Assembly (NCBI GenBank): GCA_965365475.1
Contig: CBDUBV010000004.1
Location: 1-58,325 of the forward strand
Direction of reading: 5' to 3'
Origin: an uncultured Chthoniobacteraceae bacterium
GTDB lineage: Bacteria; Verrucomicrobiota; Verrucomicrobiia; Chthoniobacterales; CAKUMP01
DNA: 58,325 nucleotides
The notes under the pieces are model-generated. The model did not search any database. It saw only the letters and a program-made list of their open reading frames with translations, and was not told the DNA's origin. Positions 30,074 to 40,552 of this stretch are shown one piece after another. Both the position numbers and the translations under genes were made by a program. The stretch's first letter is position 1, and each line of letters starts with the position of its first letter.

Positions 30074-32305
30074 ATGTCTCCCAAGCTGGGTGGCCTCTTC
30101 CGATGGGCCGTGGTGGTGGTGTTAATTGCACTGGCAGCAGGAATCTGGTGGACCACCCGCACGCCCGCGTGGGAGCGATTTGCTCCCGTGGCTTCCGTGC
30201 TGCCCGACGACCTGCGTGCCAGATCTGAATTTCCACCCGCAGAAGCACTGAGCTGCAAAGCATGCCACCTGGCCGAGTTTGAAGCCTGGATGGAATCCCA
30301 ACACGCTCACGCCAACCGGCTGGTCTCCGAGGCGCAGGATCAAGCCGCGTTCACACCGCCCCGATCTTTCCATGAAGGACTTCTCAAGACCGATGTGTCC
30401 AAGCGGTGGAAGACATTTCTGGTGACGCAGACTGGCCCTGGGCCTGAGACCTCCTACCACCAGGCTGTGGCAGTCATCGGCGTCGCACCGCTTATTCAAT
30501 ACTTGACTCCTTTCCCAGGCGGGCGTCTCCAGACTATCAACCCCGCTTACGATCCCGTCCGAAAAGATTGGTTCGACACGTTTGGTGGTGAGGAACGTCT
30601 CGCGCATGAGTGGGGATTCTGGAAAAACCAAGGGCTTAATTGGAATTCACAGTGCGCTTTCTGTCACACCACTGATTTTAGGAAAAACTACGACATCGCC
30701 ACCGACTCCTACGCCTCCACGTGGACCGCGATGGGCATCTCCTGCAGCCAGTGTCATGGGCCGATGGACGCTCACGTGGCGAATCCGCAGCTGCCCGTGC
30801 CCGAGCGGACAGAGCGACAGGTCATGTCCAATTGTGCTTCCTGCCATGCACGCCGCGAGGAGTTGACCGGCGATTTCCGCCCAGGCAGAGATTTTGATGA
30901 CCACTACCGGCTGGTGCTTCCCGATCTTACGGATACCTACCATCCGGATGGCCAGGTGCGGGATGAAAATTTCGAATATGCTTCCTTCATCACCAGCAAG
31001 ATGGGCCACGCAGGAGTGCGATGTATAGATTGTCACAACCCACATTCCGCCAAGCTCAAGCTTCCTGTGGAGAATAACGCCATGTGCATGTCATGCCATT
31101 CTCCGCCAGGCATCAATAACGCCACCCCCATCCACGACCCTGTCGCTCACAGCCACCACGGCGCAGACAGCACGGGCAATCGGTGCGTGGAATGCCATAT
31201 GCCTCACACGATCTACATGGCACGGGACCCGCGTCGGGACCACGGCTTCACCATTCCCGACCCCTTGCTCACTATCGAACATAATATTCCCAATGCCTGC
31301 AACCGCTGCCACACCGACCAAAGTGCAGATTGGGCGCAACGCTACACGGAACAGTGGTACGGGGAGAAAATGGCCCGTCCGTCTCGGGAGCGCGCCCGCC
31401 TGATGGCTCGTGCTCGGGCTGGCGACCCCACTGTGACAGCACCGATCCTCAGCTTTCTTGCTAAAGAGGAAAACCCAGCATGGAGAGCCGCGCTGATATC
31501 CGCACTCCAGGGTCGAGCGACAGATCCGTCCGTCGAGGCCTATCTCAAACGTGCTGTGAAGGATTCCAACGCGCTTGTGCGCAATGCTGCGGTCACGGTG
31601 CTGGCTCCCGGCTCTTCCGCCACTCTCCAAGCTGCGCTCGATGACGAGAAACGCACGGTGCGCCTCGCCGCAGCCTGGGGCCTGGCGATGAGCAGCCACA
31701 CCCTCCCCCACCCCCAACGAGAAGAGATCGTGAAAATGCTGGAAAATCAAAGCGATCAACCTACCGGTGCTCTGAGGCAGGCGCAGTTGGCCGCAGTCGA
31801 AGACCGGCCCAGTGCAGCCAACGATTGGTTGAAGCGCGCAACTTCCATGGACCCATCGTCCGGCATGTATGAACGCTCGGCCACGTTGCAGTACTCCATG
31901 GGCGACGAGAAAGCTGCTCGGGAAGCGTTCAGTCGGGCAATCACCGCAGACCCCACAAATGTGAGCGCTATTTATGGCCTTGCTCTGCTGGAAGGCGAAC
32001 TCGGCAACACTTCGGCCACCGTCGAGTTGTTACAAACCGCCACGCGATTGGACCCGGATTTTACCCGCGCATGGTATAACCTTGGGCTGGCTGAAGCCGG
32101 GCGGGAAAAACTTGCAGAAGCCTCCGTGGCACTCTCCCGCGCGGCGGACCTGAGTATGAACGATCCCTCGCCTGCGTATGCGCTCGCGACCATCCATCTG
32201 CGGCAAAACAAACCAAAGGAAGCGAGGGCGGCCGCACTGCGGGCATTGAAGATCGACCCGAACCATCGTGAATCCTTAAACTTGTTGCGGTCGCTGGACA
32301 GGTAA
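30074..32305 (+). CDS. Membrane-anchored octaheme c-type cytochrome with HEAT and TPR repeats
   Basis: N-terminal TM; eight CxxCH (CKACH, CAFCH, CSQCH, CASCH, CIDCH, CMSCH, CVECH, CNRCH); C-terminal HEAT-like then TPR repeats. Confidence 0.9.
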   Translation: MSPKLGGLFRWAVVVVLIALAAGIWWTTRTPAWERFAPVASVLPDDLRARSEFPPAEALSCKACHLAEFEAWMESQHAHANRLVSEAQDQAAFTPPRSFHEGLLKTDVSKRWKTFLVTQTGPGPETSYHQAVAVIGVAPLIQYLTPFPGGRLQTINPAYDPVRKDWFDTFGGEERLAHEWGFWKNQGLNWNSQCAFCHTTDFRKNYDIATDSYASTWTAMGISCSQCHGPMDAHVANPQLPVPERTERQVMSNCASCHARREELTGDFRPGRDFDDHYRLVLPDLTDTYHPDGQVRDENFEYASFITSKMGHAGVRCIDCHNPHSAKLKLPVENNAMCMSCHSPPGINNATPIHDPVAHSHHGADSTGNRCVECHMPHTIYMARDPRRDHGFTIPDPLLTIEHNIPNACNRCHTDQSADWAQRYTEQWYGEKMARPSRERARLMARARAGDPTVTAPILSFLAKEENPAWRAALISALQGRATDPSVEAYLKRAVKDSNALVRNAAVTVLAPGSSATLQAALDDEKRTVRLAAAWGLAMSSHTLPHPQREEIVKMLENQSDQPTGALRQAQLAAVEDRPSAANDWLKRATSMDPSSGMYERSATLQYSMGDEKAAREAFSRAITADPTNVSAIYGLALLEGELGNTSATVELLQTATRLDPDFTRAWYNLGLAEAGREKLAEASVALSRAADLSMNDPSPAYALATIHLRQNKPKEARAAALRALKIDPNHRESLNLLRSLDR

Positions 32306-32375
32306 AAAGAAGCACAAAAAGTTTGCCAAATCGCCGCGATCTTTAGAATAATCGATTCTTACACTGTTTTTGCTT

Positions 32376-34001
32376 ATGAAATTTCTCCCCAAAATCCTCA
32401 GCGCTTTCACTCTCCTGGCTGGTTTGCATAGCACTGCCGTTTCGGCGGAAACACCCCAGAAGCCCAATTTTATCATTATCTTTACCGATGACCACGGGTA
32501 CGCCGATCTCGGCGTGCAAGGCGCGGTAACCGATATTCGCACCCCTGCAACCGACACGCTTGCGACACAGGGCGTGCGGTTTACAGATGGTTATGTGACG
32601 GCGCCGCAATGTGTCCCTTCAAGAGCTGGCTTGCTATCCGGGCGATACCAGACGCGTTTTAACCTGGAATCCAACCAGCAATTCCAGGCTGATGGCGGAC
32701 TGGATGGTTTTAACGAGCAAAAGACTATTGCCGAACATCTGCGCGAAGCGGGCTACCGCACAGGGATGGCTGGGAAGTGGCATTTGGGTCCGCCAGAGGA
32801 AATCGGCGATCATGGCTTTGAAAAATTTTTAAACAAAAACAGTGGCCGCACGCCAATCGGCAATTTCACCTCGGACGGCAAGGATGTGCCTGTGGGTAAG
32901 GTGGATACCGAGCAATACCACATAGAAGCAAATACAGAAACCGCTCTGTCATTCATCCGCCGATTCGGAGATGAGCCATTTTTCTTTTATCTGGCTTACC
33001 GGGCACCGCACGTGCCGCTGGATGTCACTCAGAAATATCTCGACCGGTTTCCGGGCGAAATGCCTGAGCGCAGGCGCAAAGCTCTCGCCATGATCTCAGC
33101 GATGGATGATGGCGTGCAGGCAATCACAAGCCTGCTTAAAGAGAAAGGCTTGGAGGAAAATACGCTCATCTTTTACATCGGTGACAATGGTGCGCCACTG
33201 AAAATCCATAAACCGGACGAGCCCGGTGGTGGCCCCGGTTGGGATGGCTCGTTGAACGATCCGCTGGTTGGCGAGAAAGGCATGCTCACGGAAGGAGGCA
33301 TCCGCGTGCCCTTTGTAGCTTCGTGGCCGGGTGTCATTCCGGAAGGCACAGTTTACACCCGACCCGTGATTTCTCTGGATGTGGCAGCGACCGTGCTTTC
33401 TCAAGCGGGGCTTACGGTCCCGTCGGAGCTGGATGGCGTCGATCTAATCCCCTATTTAACAGGTGAAAAAAAAGGCGATCCGCACGAGGCACTTTTCTGG
33501 CGGTGGGAAGGCCAATCGGCCGTGCGCTCAGGAGATTGGAAATTGCTGCTTGGCGACGAACGCGAATATTTATTTAACCTCGCGGCGGAAGGAGAGCCTA
33601 AAAACGTAATTGCAGATCATGCAGACGAAGCAAAGCGACTGCGTGGGCTGTTGGAAACATGGGCTGCCGAGCAGACACCGCCCGGCCTGGAGAAAGCAGG
33701 CATGACCTCAGCGGCCAAGGACTATTTCGACTATTACTTGCATGGCGTGGACACCAGGCCCGGACTTAAAACACCGCCTGAGACCCGTACCGCTAAGGAA
33801 GAGGAGGAGGAATCCGATAGCGAGCCACGCCCCCGCCTGGGCATCCTGAAAAAGTTCGATCTTAATAAAGACGATAAACTTACTTTCAAAGAATATGTCG
33901 GCGATCGCCCCAATCCTCCGATCGATCAGCTCAAAAAACGGTTTCAACGACTAGATACTAATGAAGATGGCTTCCTGGATAAATCTGAAGTGGTATGGTG
34001 A
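32376..34001 (+). CDS. Secreted formylglycine-dependent sulfatase with C-terminal EF-hand pair
   Basis: PNFIIIFTDDHG, CVPSRAGLLSGR, GKWHLG, GDNG; DLNKDDKLTFKE and DTNEDGFLDKSE. Confidence 0.92.
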   Translation: MKFLPKILSAFTLLAGLHSTAVSAETPQKPNFIIIFTDDHGYADLGVQGAVTDIRTPATDTLATQGVRFTDGYVTAPQCVPSRAGLLSGRYQTRFNLESNQQFQADGGLDGFNEQKTIAEHLREAGYRTGMAGKWHLGPPEEIGDHGFEKFLNKNSGRTPIGNFTSDGKDVPVGKVDTEQYHIEANTETALSFIRRFGDEPFFFYLAYRAPHVPLDVTQKYLDRFPGEMPERRRKALAMISAMDDGVQAITSLLKEKGLEENTLIFYIGDNGAPLKIHKPDEPGGGPGWDGSLNDPLVGEKGMLTEGGIRVPFVASWPGVIPEGTVYTRPVISLDVAATVLSQAGLTVPSELDGVDLIPYLTGEKKGDPHEALFWRWEGQSAVRSGDWKLLLGDEREYLFNLAAEGEPKNVIADHADEAKRLRGLLETWAAEQTPPGLEKAGMTSAAKDYFDYYLHGVDTRPGLKTPPETRTAKEEEEESDSEPRPRLGILKKFDLNKDDKLTFKEYVGDRPNPPIDQLKKRFQRLDTNEDGFLDKSEVVW

Positions 34002-35890
34002 GAGTGCGCTTGATTCTAAATCTGCTCGTTCTCACCCAGCTCCTGGCAGCCGCGTCGCACGCCGAAAGTAAACGTCCGAACATTCTACTTATCGTAGCGG
34101 ACGATCTCGGGTTCTCCGATCTGGGTTGCTACGGCGGTGAGATTCACACCCCAGCTCTGGACCGCCTGGCTAAAGAAGGCGTCCGTTTCGTGGAATACCA
34201 TGTAAACCCCATGTGCGTGGTCACCCGCACCAGTCTCATGACCGGGCAGACCCATTCGCAATCAGATGAATATCGACGCTCGATTCCCCTCGCCCAGCAA
34301 ATGCGTGAAGCAGGGTATGCCACGTCCATTTCAGGGAAATGGCATCAACCCGGCCACCCCCTCGATGCTGGGTTCGAGAGATTCTACGGTTTCCTCGAAG
34401 GCGAAATCAATAGCTGGACGGGCTTCAACCTCATCCGTGAAGGCCGCGGCCAACCGGGGTCGGTGCCGAAAGGCTGGTATTCCACCGATGCATTCACCGA
34501 CCACGCTATTCAAAGCATCGATGCAGCATTGGCTTCGAAAAAACCTTTCTTCAGCTATCTCGCATACAATGCTCCTCACTCTCCCTTGCATGCGCCTCGG
34601 GAAAACGTTGAGCGATACTACGGCACCTATGATCGCGGCTGGGAAGCGATGCGCCAGGATCGCTATAAGCAAATGCTCGATATGGGAATCATCACCCGTG
34701 ATTATCACATGAGCCCGGCATTTGCCGAAGCGCGGCGCTGGGAGGAACTCTCTCCTCAGGAGCGCAAAGTAGAGTCGCGCCGCATGGCAGCATATGCCGG
34801 AATGGTGGACCGAATGGATGAGAATATAGGTCGGCTCATGCATCACCTCCGGGAGAAAAATGCGCTCGAGGACACGTTAGTAATTTTTTTCTCAGACAAT
34901 GGCGGCGACTACGGCAATGGGGACATCGCGACATACGACAAACAAATTCCGTGGGACCCAGATTCCTTACCCCACGTAAGCAACGGCTGGGGTCGGCTGA
35001 AAAACACTCCGTTTCGCTGGTATAAATCCTCCGCTTTTGAAGGGGGTATTTCATCGCCGCTCATAGTCCGCTGGCCAGATGGCATGGCCGCCAAACCCGG
35101 ATCGGTGCTGCGTCAACGCACACATGTGAGCGATTGGTACCCCACGCTGTTGGAAATTGTCGGCACCACATATCCGCCTGCAAAGGCGAACACCCCCCTG
35201 GCGCCTCTTCATGGTCGCTCGCTGTTGCCGCTTCTAAACAACCCAGAGATGGACGAACCATTTTATCATGATTTTATTTTCTGGGAATACACCGATATCT
35301 CCAAAGGATTGGTCGATGACCGATGGAAGATTGTCAGCCTCAATGATGGTCCGTGGTTTTTATTCGACATCGCCCGCGACCCCGCAGAAAGCCGCGATCT
35401 AGCGCGGCAACACCCCGAAATTCTCGCTGGACTCGCGGACAAATGGTATCGGTTTGCACGCGAAGCAACCCGCATGCCACCGGGATGGCGCAAACAAGTC
35501 GGCCCACCGCAACAAGGCTGGGGACTGCATCGCATGCGGTTGATGATGCCCGTGGTCCGCGCGGACCCCGCCCCGTCAGCCATCGACGTGCCCTTGAAGA
35601 CAACGATCACATTGGAGTTCACACAACCGGCGGACTTTTCGAAAACAAAAGGTAAAACAATCCGGCTTTACCGCGTGGGACACCCCGAGGCACCCGTCTG
35701 GCAGGCCGATCCCGATGCGTCGCATGCGGGTCATGGACAGAAAAAAGTAGTCTTTGATAATCTTCCGCTGTTGCAACCCGACACTTCCTACTACCTGCTT
35801 GCGGACATGGGGTGGGTGCGTTTTGGTGACAAGCCGCGCGGACTTCTCAATGATGGAGCCTACTGGTATCGATTTCGCACTGCGCCGTAG
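33995..35890 (+). CDS. Secreted arylsulfatase with C-terminal Ig-like domain
   Basis: PNILLIVADDLG, CVVTRTSLMTG, GKWH, APHSPLHAP, SDNG; beta-rich C-terminal extension. Confidence 0.9.
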   Translation: MVRVRLILNLLVLTQLLAAASHAESKRPNILLIVADDLGFSDLGCYGGEIHTPALDRLAKEGVRFVEYHVNPMCVVTRTSLMTGQTHSQSDEYRRSIPLAQQMREAGYATSISGKWHQPGHPLDAGFERFYGFLEGEINSWTGFNLIREGRGQPGSVPKGWYSTDAFTDHAIQSIDAALASKKPFFSYLAYNAPHSPLHAPRENVERYYGTYDRGWEAMRQDRYKQMLDMGIITRDYHMSPAFAEARRWEELSPQERKVESRRMAAYAGMVDRMDENIGRLMHHLREKNALEDTLVIFFSDNGGDYGNGDIATYDKQIPWDPDSLPHVSNGWGRLKNTPFRWYKSSAFEGGISSPLIVRWPDGMAAKPGSVLRQRTHVSDWYPTLLEIVGTTYPPAKANTPLAPLHGRSLLPLLNNPEMDEPFYHDFIFWEYTDISKGLVDDRWKIVSLNDGPWFLFDIARDPAESRDLARQHPEILAGLADKWYRFAREATRMPPGWRKQVGPPQQGWGLHRMRLMMPVVRADPAPSAIDVPLKTTITLEFTQPADFSKTKGKTIRLYRVGHPEAPVWQADPDASHAGHGQKKVVFDNLPLLQPDTSYYLLADMGWVRFGDKPRGLLNDGAYWYRFRTAP

Positions 35891-35943
35891 AGAAAAGTTA
35901 AAACCTTGTAAAGCACCTGGGCTGCAATGTCCCAAAACGTGCC

Positions 35944-37389
35944 TTACACGATTGCCACATCCACCCCGAGCAGAGAGCCCAGTTTACGCAGCTTGCCTGC
36001 GATGTGCCCTACGCCCACCGCGCAGTGGTGCGCAGGCCCGTGTGCGTTCCACTGCTCGACAAATCGCCGTGCCCCGCAGGGGAATCGATACCGACTGTTC
36101 GTGTTGCCGATCTCCAGTATCGGCCCCGACACAGATTCCCCTTCGGCGACAAGCAGCTTGAGCCCGCCCTCTGCGTTTTCTACCACGGAAAGCAGCGTCA
36201 CCGGTCCGTGTTTTACGCTCATCTCCACAGAGAGACCGCGGCCCACTTTTCCATGGTAAACTTCCAAGGGCCTAACCTTCGTTCGGCCTTCTGCAATAGC
36301 TATATGCCCCGGACCATCGTGCCCCATCAATACCACATCGGCATCGAAATCCATCGCGTAATATTCCGTGAATGAACCGCCCGCCCCGAAACTATTCATG
36401 ATCTTCATGGCTTGTGCGTTCTTTACCTCATACTCCCCGGCGACTGGCACACCACGAGCTGTAAGCAAGGAATTACCTAGAATGATGGAGCTGATCGTAT
36501 CCTCATGTTCCTCACTACCAGTGCCCATGTGGTAATATGCCAGCGAGCCCAGATCGTGCGCTGCCACCAAGCGATCGAGTGCCACCGAGGTGCGTGCTGC
36601 ACGGGCCAACTCCTCGGGAGAACAACCCTCGGTCACCTCAAACGCGTCGAGAAACATAGCCACCCTCTCGTCGATATCGGAGCTGCTGACCTCCCGGCGC
36701 AAGGCAGCAAGTTCCTCCACCTCGACGATCTCCATATGCCCGCCAAACACAGCGCATTGCCGCGTAAGATCAGAATAAATATCGAGCATTCCATTGTAGT
36801 AATGACCCATGAGCCCCAGACGATTGTGTTCCATGATATTGGCCACACGTGCCGCCTCCACCCACTCATCGATCTCACGCGCTACGTGTGCATCGCCCTC
36901 AAGCATGCCGGTGACTTGGAAAAAGGGGATCCCCGCACGCTGAAACACATTTGCAATCTCCGGCACCGGGCATGCAGCGCAATAGGCAAGCCATTCCCCG
37001 GTCATCCGCGTGCGATCACCCATCTTATTAAACGATGCATAATCAATGGCACCAGCGGGTTGTAAGTTCAGCACGATCACAGGCACCTTGGCCCTCCTGA
37101 CCACCGGAAGCACCGTCGAGGACAATGCGTATGTGGTAACATGGAGAAAAATAATATCCACATCGCCGCGCCTCAACTCATGACCAGCAATCACTGCATG
37201 CTCGGGGCTATCGACCAGCCCTACATTCACGACCTCCACGCCGTCGCGCTGAAGAGCGCCGGCAGTGAGAGTGAGATACTCCTGCAAGCGTTGTTGCAAC
37301 CCTGGAAACTGCGGCCAGTAAGCGTCCAAACCGATTCCGAACAGCCCGACACGAAGAGGAAATGTCTCTTTTTTAAGCATACCCCGCAT
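35944..37389 (-). CDS. L-fucose/L-arabinose isomerase family protein
   Basis: GLDAYWPQFPGL, AGEYEVKNAQAMKI, GHDGPGH, IGNTNSRYRF, GPAHHCAVGVGH; start 37389 or 37380. Confidence 0.85.
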   Translation of the reverse strand: MRGMLKKETFPLRVGLFGIGLDAYWPQFPGLQQRLQEYLTLTAGALQRDGVEVVNVGLVDSPEHAVIAGHELRRGDVDIIFLHVTTYALSSTVLPVVRRAKVPVIVLNLQPAGAIDYASFNKMGDRTRMTGEWLAYCAACPVPEIANVFQRAGIPFFQVTGMLEGDAHVAREIDEWVEAARVANIMEHNRLGLMGHYYNGMLDIYSDLTRQCAVFGGHMEIVEVEELAALRREVSSSDIDERVAMFLDAFEVTEGCSPEELARAARTSVALDRLVAAHDLGSLAYYHMGTGSEEHEDTISSIILGNSLLTARGVPVAGEYEVKNAQAMKIMNSFGAGGSFTEYYAMDFDADVVLMGHDGPGHIAIAEGRTKVRPLEVYHGKVGRGLSVEMSVKHGPVTLLSVVENAEGGLKLLVAEGESVSGPILEIGNTNSRYRFPCGARRFVEQWNAHGPAHHCAVGVGHIAGKLRKLGSLLGVDVAIV

Positions 37390-37483
37390 GGCAGCAGGTT
37401 CACCAATCCAAGTCAATGCAGGAAACCATTCCCAATATCCCGAACACATCCCCCCAAAGTGCTCTCACTGGAGCGTCGCTGGA

Positions 37484-38905
37484 CTAAGCTTCTGAATGTC
37501 GTGCCTTCAACTCACGGCTCATGTCGTACGCAATCTGTTCGGTGATCGGATAACGCAACACCAGCAGTATAGCCAGGCTAAGCCCGAAGGCTGGAACCAC
37601 CGCCAGCAGCAGTCGCATCCACATGATCGTGTCCGTCGATTGCGCTGCACCCAGTGCCGCATCGTAACCCGAGAATTTGATAATATATCCTGTGCCAACC
37701 AAAGCTACAGCGGCACCTAATTTGAACATCCAGGAATACACAGCGCCAAACATCCCCTGACGGGAAGTGCCCGTTCGCAATTCATCGTAGTCTGCACATT
37801 CCGGCAGCATCGCATTGGACAGCATGCCGCCAGCTGTGTAGCCAAAACCCATGATAAAATTCGGCACAATCTGCAGGTAAGGGAGCGCGGGTGTGTAAGC
37901 CCACCATTTAAAGAGCGACCCCACTATGGCTACGCAAAAGAAAACAACCAATGTGTGGCGTTTGCCGATGCGGGAGGATGTCATCGTGATGATCGGCACT
38001 GCGGTCACGGCACCAATCTGGTAGCCCAGCCCAGCCAGCGCGAACAAACCCGCCGATGCCGGTTGATCGCCTCCGTACACATGGTAAAGATTTACATAAA
38101 AACCGAGTTGATTGACCAGCAGCACGCTTAAAAGCGAAACTACGGTGATGCCGCATACCAGGCGAAATGGCCCCACCGAGAGCGTCTGCCGTGCACTGCG
38201 GAGCAGCGGCACGCGTGCCTGCTTGGAGACCGCTCTAGCCGCAGAAGGATGTTCCCGAGGAAAAATCGCTCCGATGACTCCAAATATGACTATGCAAATA
38301 CTCACGCCAAGGGCAGTCCATTTCATGCCTATGATCGGCGTGGCAAACACGGATAGAGTCGCAAACCAAAAAAGACTCTGAGCCACAAAAGAGCCTATGG
38401 GCCCGATCAAAGAGCGCCATGCCACAATACGCGTTCGCTCGTGGTAATCGGGGCTCATTTCCATGCCTAACGCAATATAAGGAACCGAAAAAATCGTGAA
38501 TCCTAAATAAAACAGAAACGTGGTTATTAGCAGCCACCAGAAATAAAATGTATCCGATCTGCCTTCCGGAAACCACCACACCAATGCGAAGAGGAATGCG
38601 CCCACCAAGGAGCCGATAAAAACCCATGGACGCCGACGCCCGAACCGACTGCGGGTGTTATCGGTGATGTGTGCCATGAAAGGGTCTGTAAGTGCATCCC
38701 ACACTCGCGCCAGCGCGGTGACCCAACCGATCATCACCGGCCCGATGCCGAGATTGACATTAAAAATGGGGTTCACCATCTGACTGTAGCCGTTTACCAT
38801 CAGGCTATAGCTCATCATTCCCACCCCGTAGGCGGCCTTGTCTCGAACAGAAACCTTGTTTTCAGGGTCGGTCTCGTGACGCTGGGGCGAATCAGATTTT
38901 TTCAT
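37484..38905 (-). CDS. MFS sugar transporter (GPH / MelB-like family)
   Basis: RVWDALTDP...DNTRSRFGRRRPW, PYIALGMEMSPDYHERT, DYDELRTG; about 12 TM segments. Confidence 0.92.
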   Translation of the reverse strand: MKKSDSPQRHETDPENKVSVRDKAAYGVGMMSYSLMVNGYSQMVNPIFNVNLGIGPVMIGWVTALARVWDALTDPFMAHITDNTRSRFGRRRPWVFIGSLVGAFLFALVWWFPEGRSDTFYFWWLLITTFLFYLGFTIFSVPYIALGMEMSPDYHERTRIVAWRSLIGPIGSFVAQSLFWFATLSVFATPIIGMKWTALGVSICIVIFGVIGAIFPREHPSAARAVSKQARVPLLRSARQTLSVGPFRLVCGITVVSLLSVLLVNQLGFYVNLYHVYGGDQPASAGLFALAGLGYQIGAVTAVPIITMTSSRIGKRHTLVVFFCVAIVGSLFKWWAYTPALPYLQIVPNFIMGFGYTAGGMLSNAMLPECADYDELRTGTSRQGMFGAVYSWMFKLGAAVALVGTGYIIKFSGYDAALGAAQSTDTIMWMRLLLAVVPAFGLSLAILLVLRYPITEQIAYDMSRELKARHSEA

Positions 38906-39002
38906 AAGCGGAAGGCTCGGGAGAAAATGCAGTTTTCAGCAATCCTAAGCAATAAGAATCGAATGCATCGCGTGACTTGCTGTCCCCTTCGAGTCGCACG
39001 CT

Positions 39003-39039
39003 AAAAAAAACGCCGCCGGAATATATCTTCCGACGGCGC
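39003..39039 (-). terminator. Rho-independent terminator of sodA
   Basis: Minus strand GCGCCGTCGGAA-GATATA-TTCCGGCGGCG followed by T8, about 28 nt after the sodA stop. Confidence 0.85.
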
Positions 39040-39066
39040 TGTGTGAAACACACTATAGTTCGTTTT

Positions 39067-39693
39067 TTAACCTACCGCTGTTTTGTAGTTCTCCGCTACT
39101 TGATCCCAATTGATTACGTTCCAGATAGCCTTGAGATAGTCGGGACGCCGGTTCTGATAGTTGAGATAGTAGGCATGTTCCCAGACGTCGATACCGAGAA
39201 TCGGAGTGCCCGTGACATCGGCGACGCCTTTCATGATAGGCGCATCTTGATTCGGCGTGGAGGTGACTGCCAGCGACTTATCATCTTTGACGATGAGCCA
39301 CGCCCAGCCGCTCCCGAAGCGGGTTGCTCCGGCTTTTTCCATCTGCTCTTTCAGCGCATCCACCCCACCAAATGCGGAATCGATCGCTTTCGCCAATTCT
39401 CCGGAAGGTGCGCCGCCATTGGCTTTGAGCAATTTCCAGAATAGTGTGTGGTTGTAGTGTCCACCGCCGTTATTGCGTACCGCAGTGCGAATGTCCGAAG
39501 GGATGCTCTCGAGATCTGCAAGCAACTCCTCGATGCTCTTGTTCTCCAACTCAGGCTTTCCAGAGATCGCATTATTTAGATTGGTCACGTAAGCTTGATG
39601 ATGCTTGCCATGGTGTATCTCCATGGTTTTTGCGTCGATATGTGGTTCAAGCGCGTTGGTTGAGTAAGGTAATTCAGGTAATGTATGTGCCAT
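39067..39693 (-). CDS. sodA: Superoxide dismutase, Mn-type signature
   Basis: [34 protein letters not shown]. Confidence 0.95.
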   Translation of the reverse strand: MAHTLPELPYSTNALEPHIDAKTMEIHHGKHHQAYVTNLNNAISGKPELENKSIEELLADLESIPSDIRTAVRNNGGGHYNHTLFWKLLKANGGAPSGELAKAIDSAFGGVDALKEQMEKAGATRFGSGWAWLIVKDDKSLAVTSTPNQDAPIMKGVADVTGTPILGIDVWEHAYYLNYQNRRPDYLKAIWNVINWDQVAENYKTAVG

Positions 39694-39828
39694 AAGACAG
39701 GAACCCTATAGCAGAGAACCAAAGTTTTCCACCAGAAATGCGTATTGCCCTGGATGCCCGGCCAAGGTGAAGCTGCGCGAAAAATCTCGTTGATCCTTGT
39801 CGCTTCATGCCGCTTACATGACCTGGCA

Positions 39829-40494
39829 ATGAATTGGAAATCTGATCCGTGGTTGTGTGTATGCGATATTGAGCCTTCGTTGCCCGGCTACAACATGGCA
39901 CTCGACGAGGTGCTGGCAGAAACGATCTGCCAACCTGTTTTGCGCATATACTCCTGGGCTGTGCCATCGGTTACCTTTGGCTATTTTGAACACTACCAAT
40001 CTGTGCGAACCCGCTGGCCCGGGGTAACCCTCATGCGTCGATGGACAGGTGGCGGTCAGGTCGATCACCGCGCGGATTTTACCTATACCGTGATCCTTCC
40101 GGCGATGCACCGCAGTGGGCTTCCCACGGCAAAAGAAAGCTATTGCTGGGTGCACGAGCGGGTGGCACGGGCTTTGCAGCAACTTGGCGTCTCGGCGACG
40201 CTGGCTTCCGCGGAGACTTTTGCACCCGATGGTCCCTGCTTTGTCAAGCCCGTGGAAGCGGACGTCATGGTCGGTCCGATGAAAGTGGCCGGTGCAGCCC
40301 AGCGCCGCACCCGCACTGCGTTGCTGCACCAAGGCAGCATACAAGGCTTAACCATTCCCTCCAATTTGCGGCGCACACTCATCGAGCAGTTCACGGTGTC
40401 TGAGATTGTCGCGCCGTCGGCCAGCCATCGCAGGGCCGCTGCCAGACTTGCCATCGAAAAATACGACACGCCTTCATGGCTCGAGCGCAGGTAA
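39829..40494 (+). CDS. Lipoate-protein ligase A / octanoyltransferase family protein
   Basis: NMALDE, LRIYSW, RRWTGGGQVDH, KVAGAAQRR, LHQGSI; start reset to ATG 39829. Confidence 0.85.
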   Translation: MNWKSDPWLCVCDIEPSLPGYNMALDEVLAETICQPVLRIYSWAVPSVTFGYFEHYQSVRTRWPGVTLMRRWTGGGQVDHRADFTYTVILPAMHRSGLPTAKESYCWVHERVARALQQLGVSATLASAETFAPDGPCFVKPVEADVMVGPMKVAGAAQRRTRTALLHQGSIQGLTIPSNLRRTLIEQFTVSEIVAPSASHRRAAARLAIEKYDTPSWLERR

Positions 40495-40552
40495 TATACT
40501 TCCCCAATATGCCACTTGCGGGCTGCTGGGGTTTGTGATGCAGTCTCCGGCC

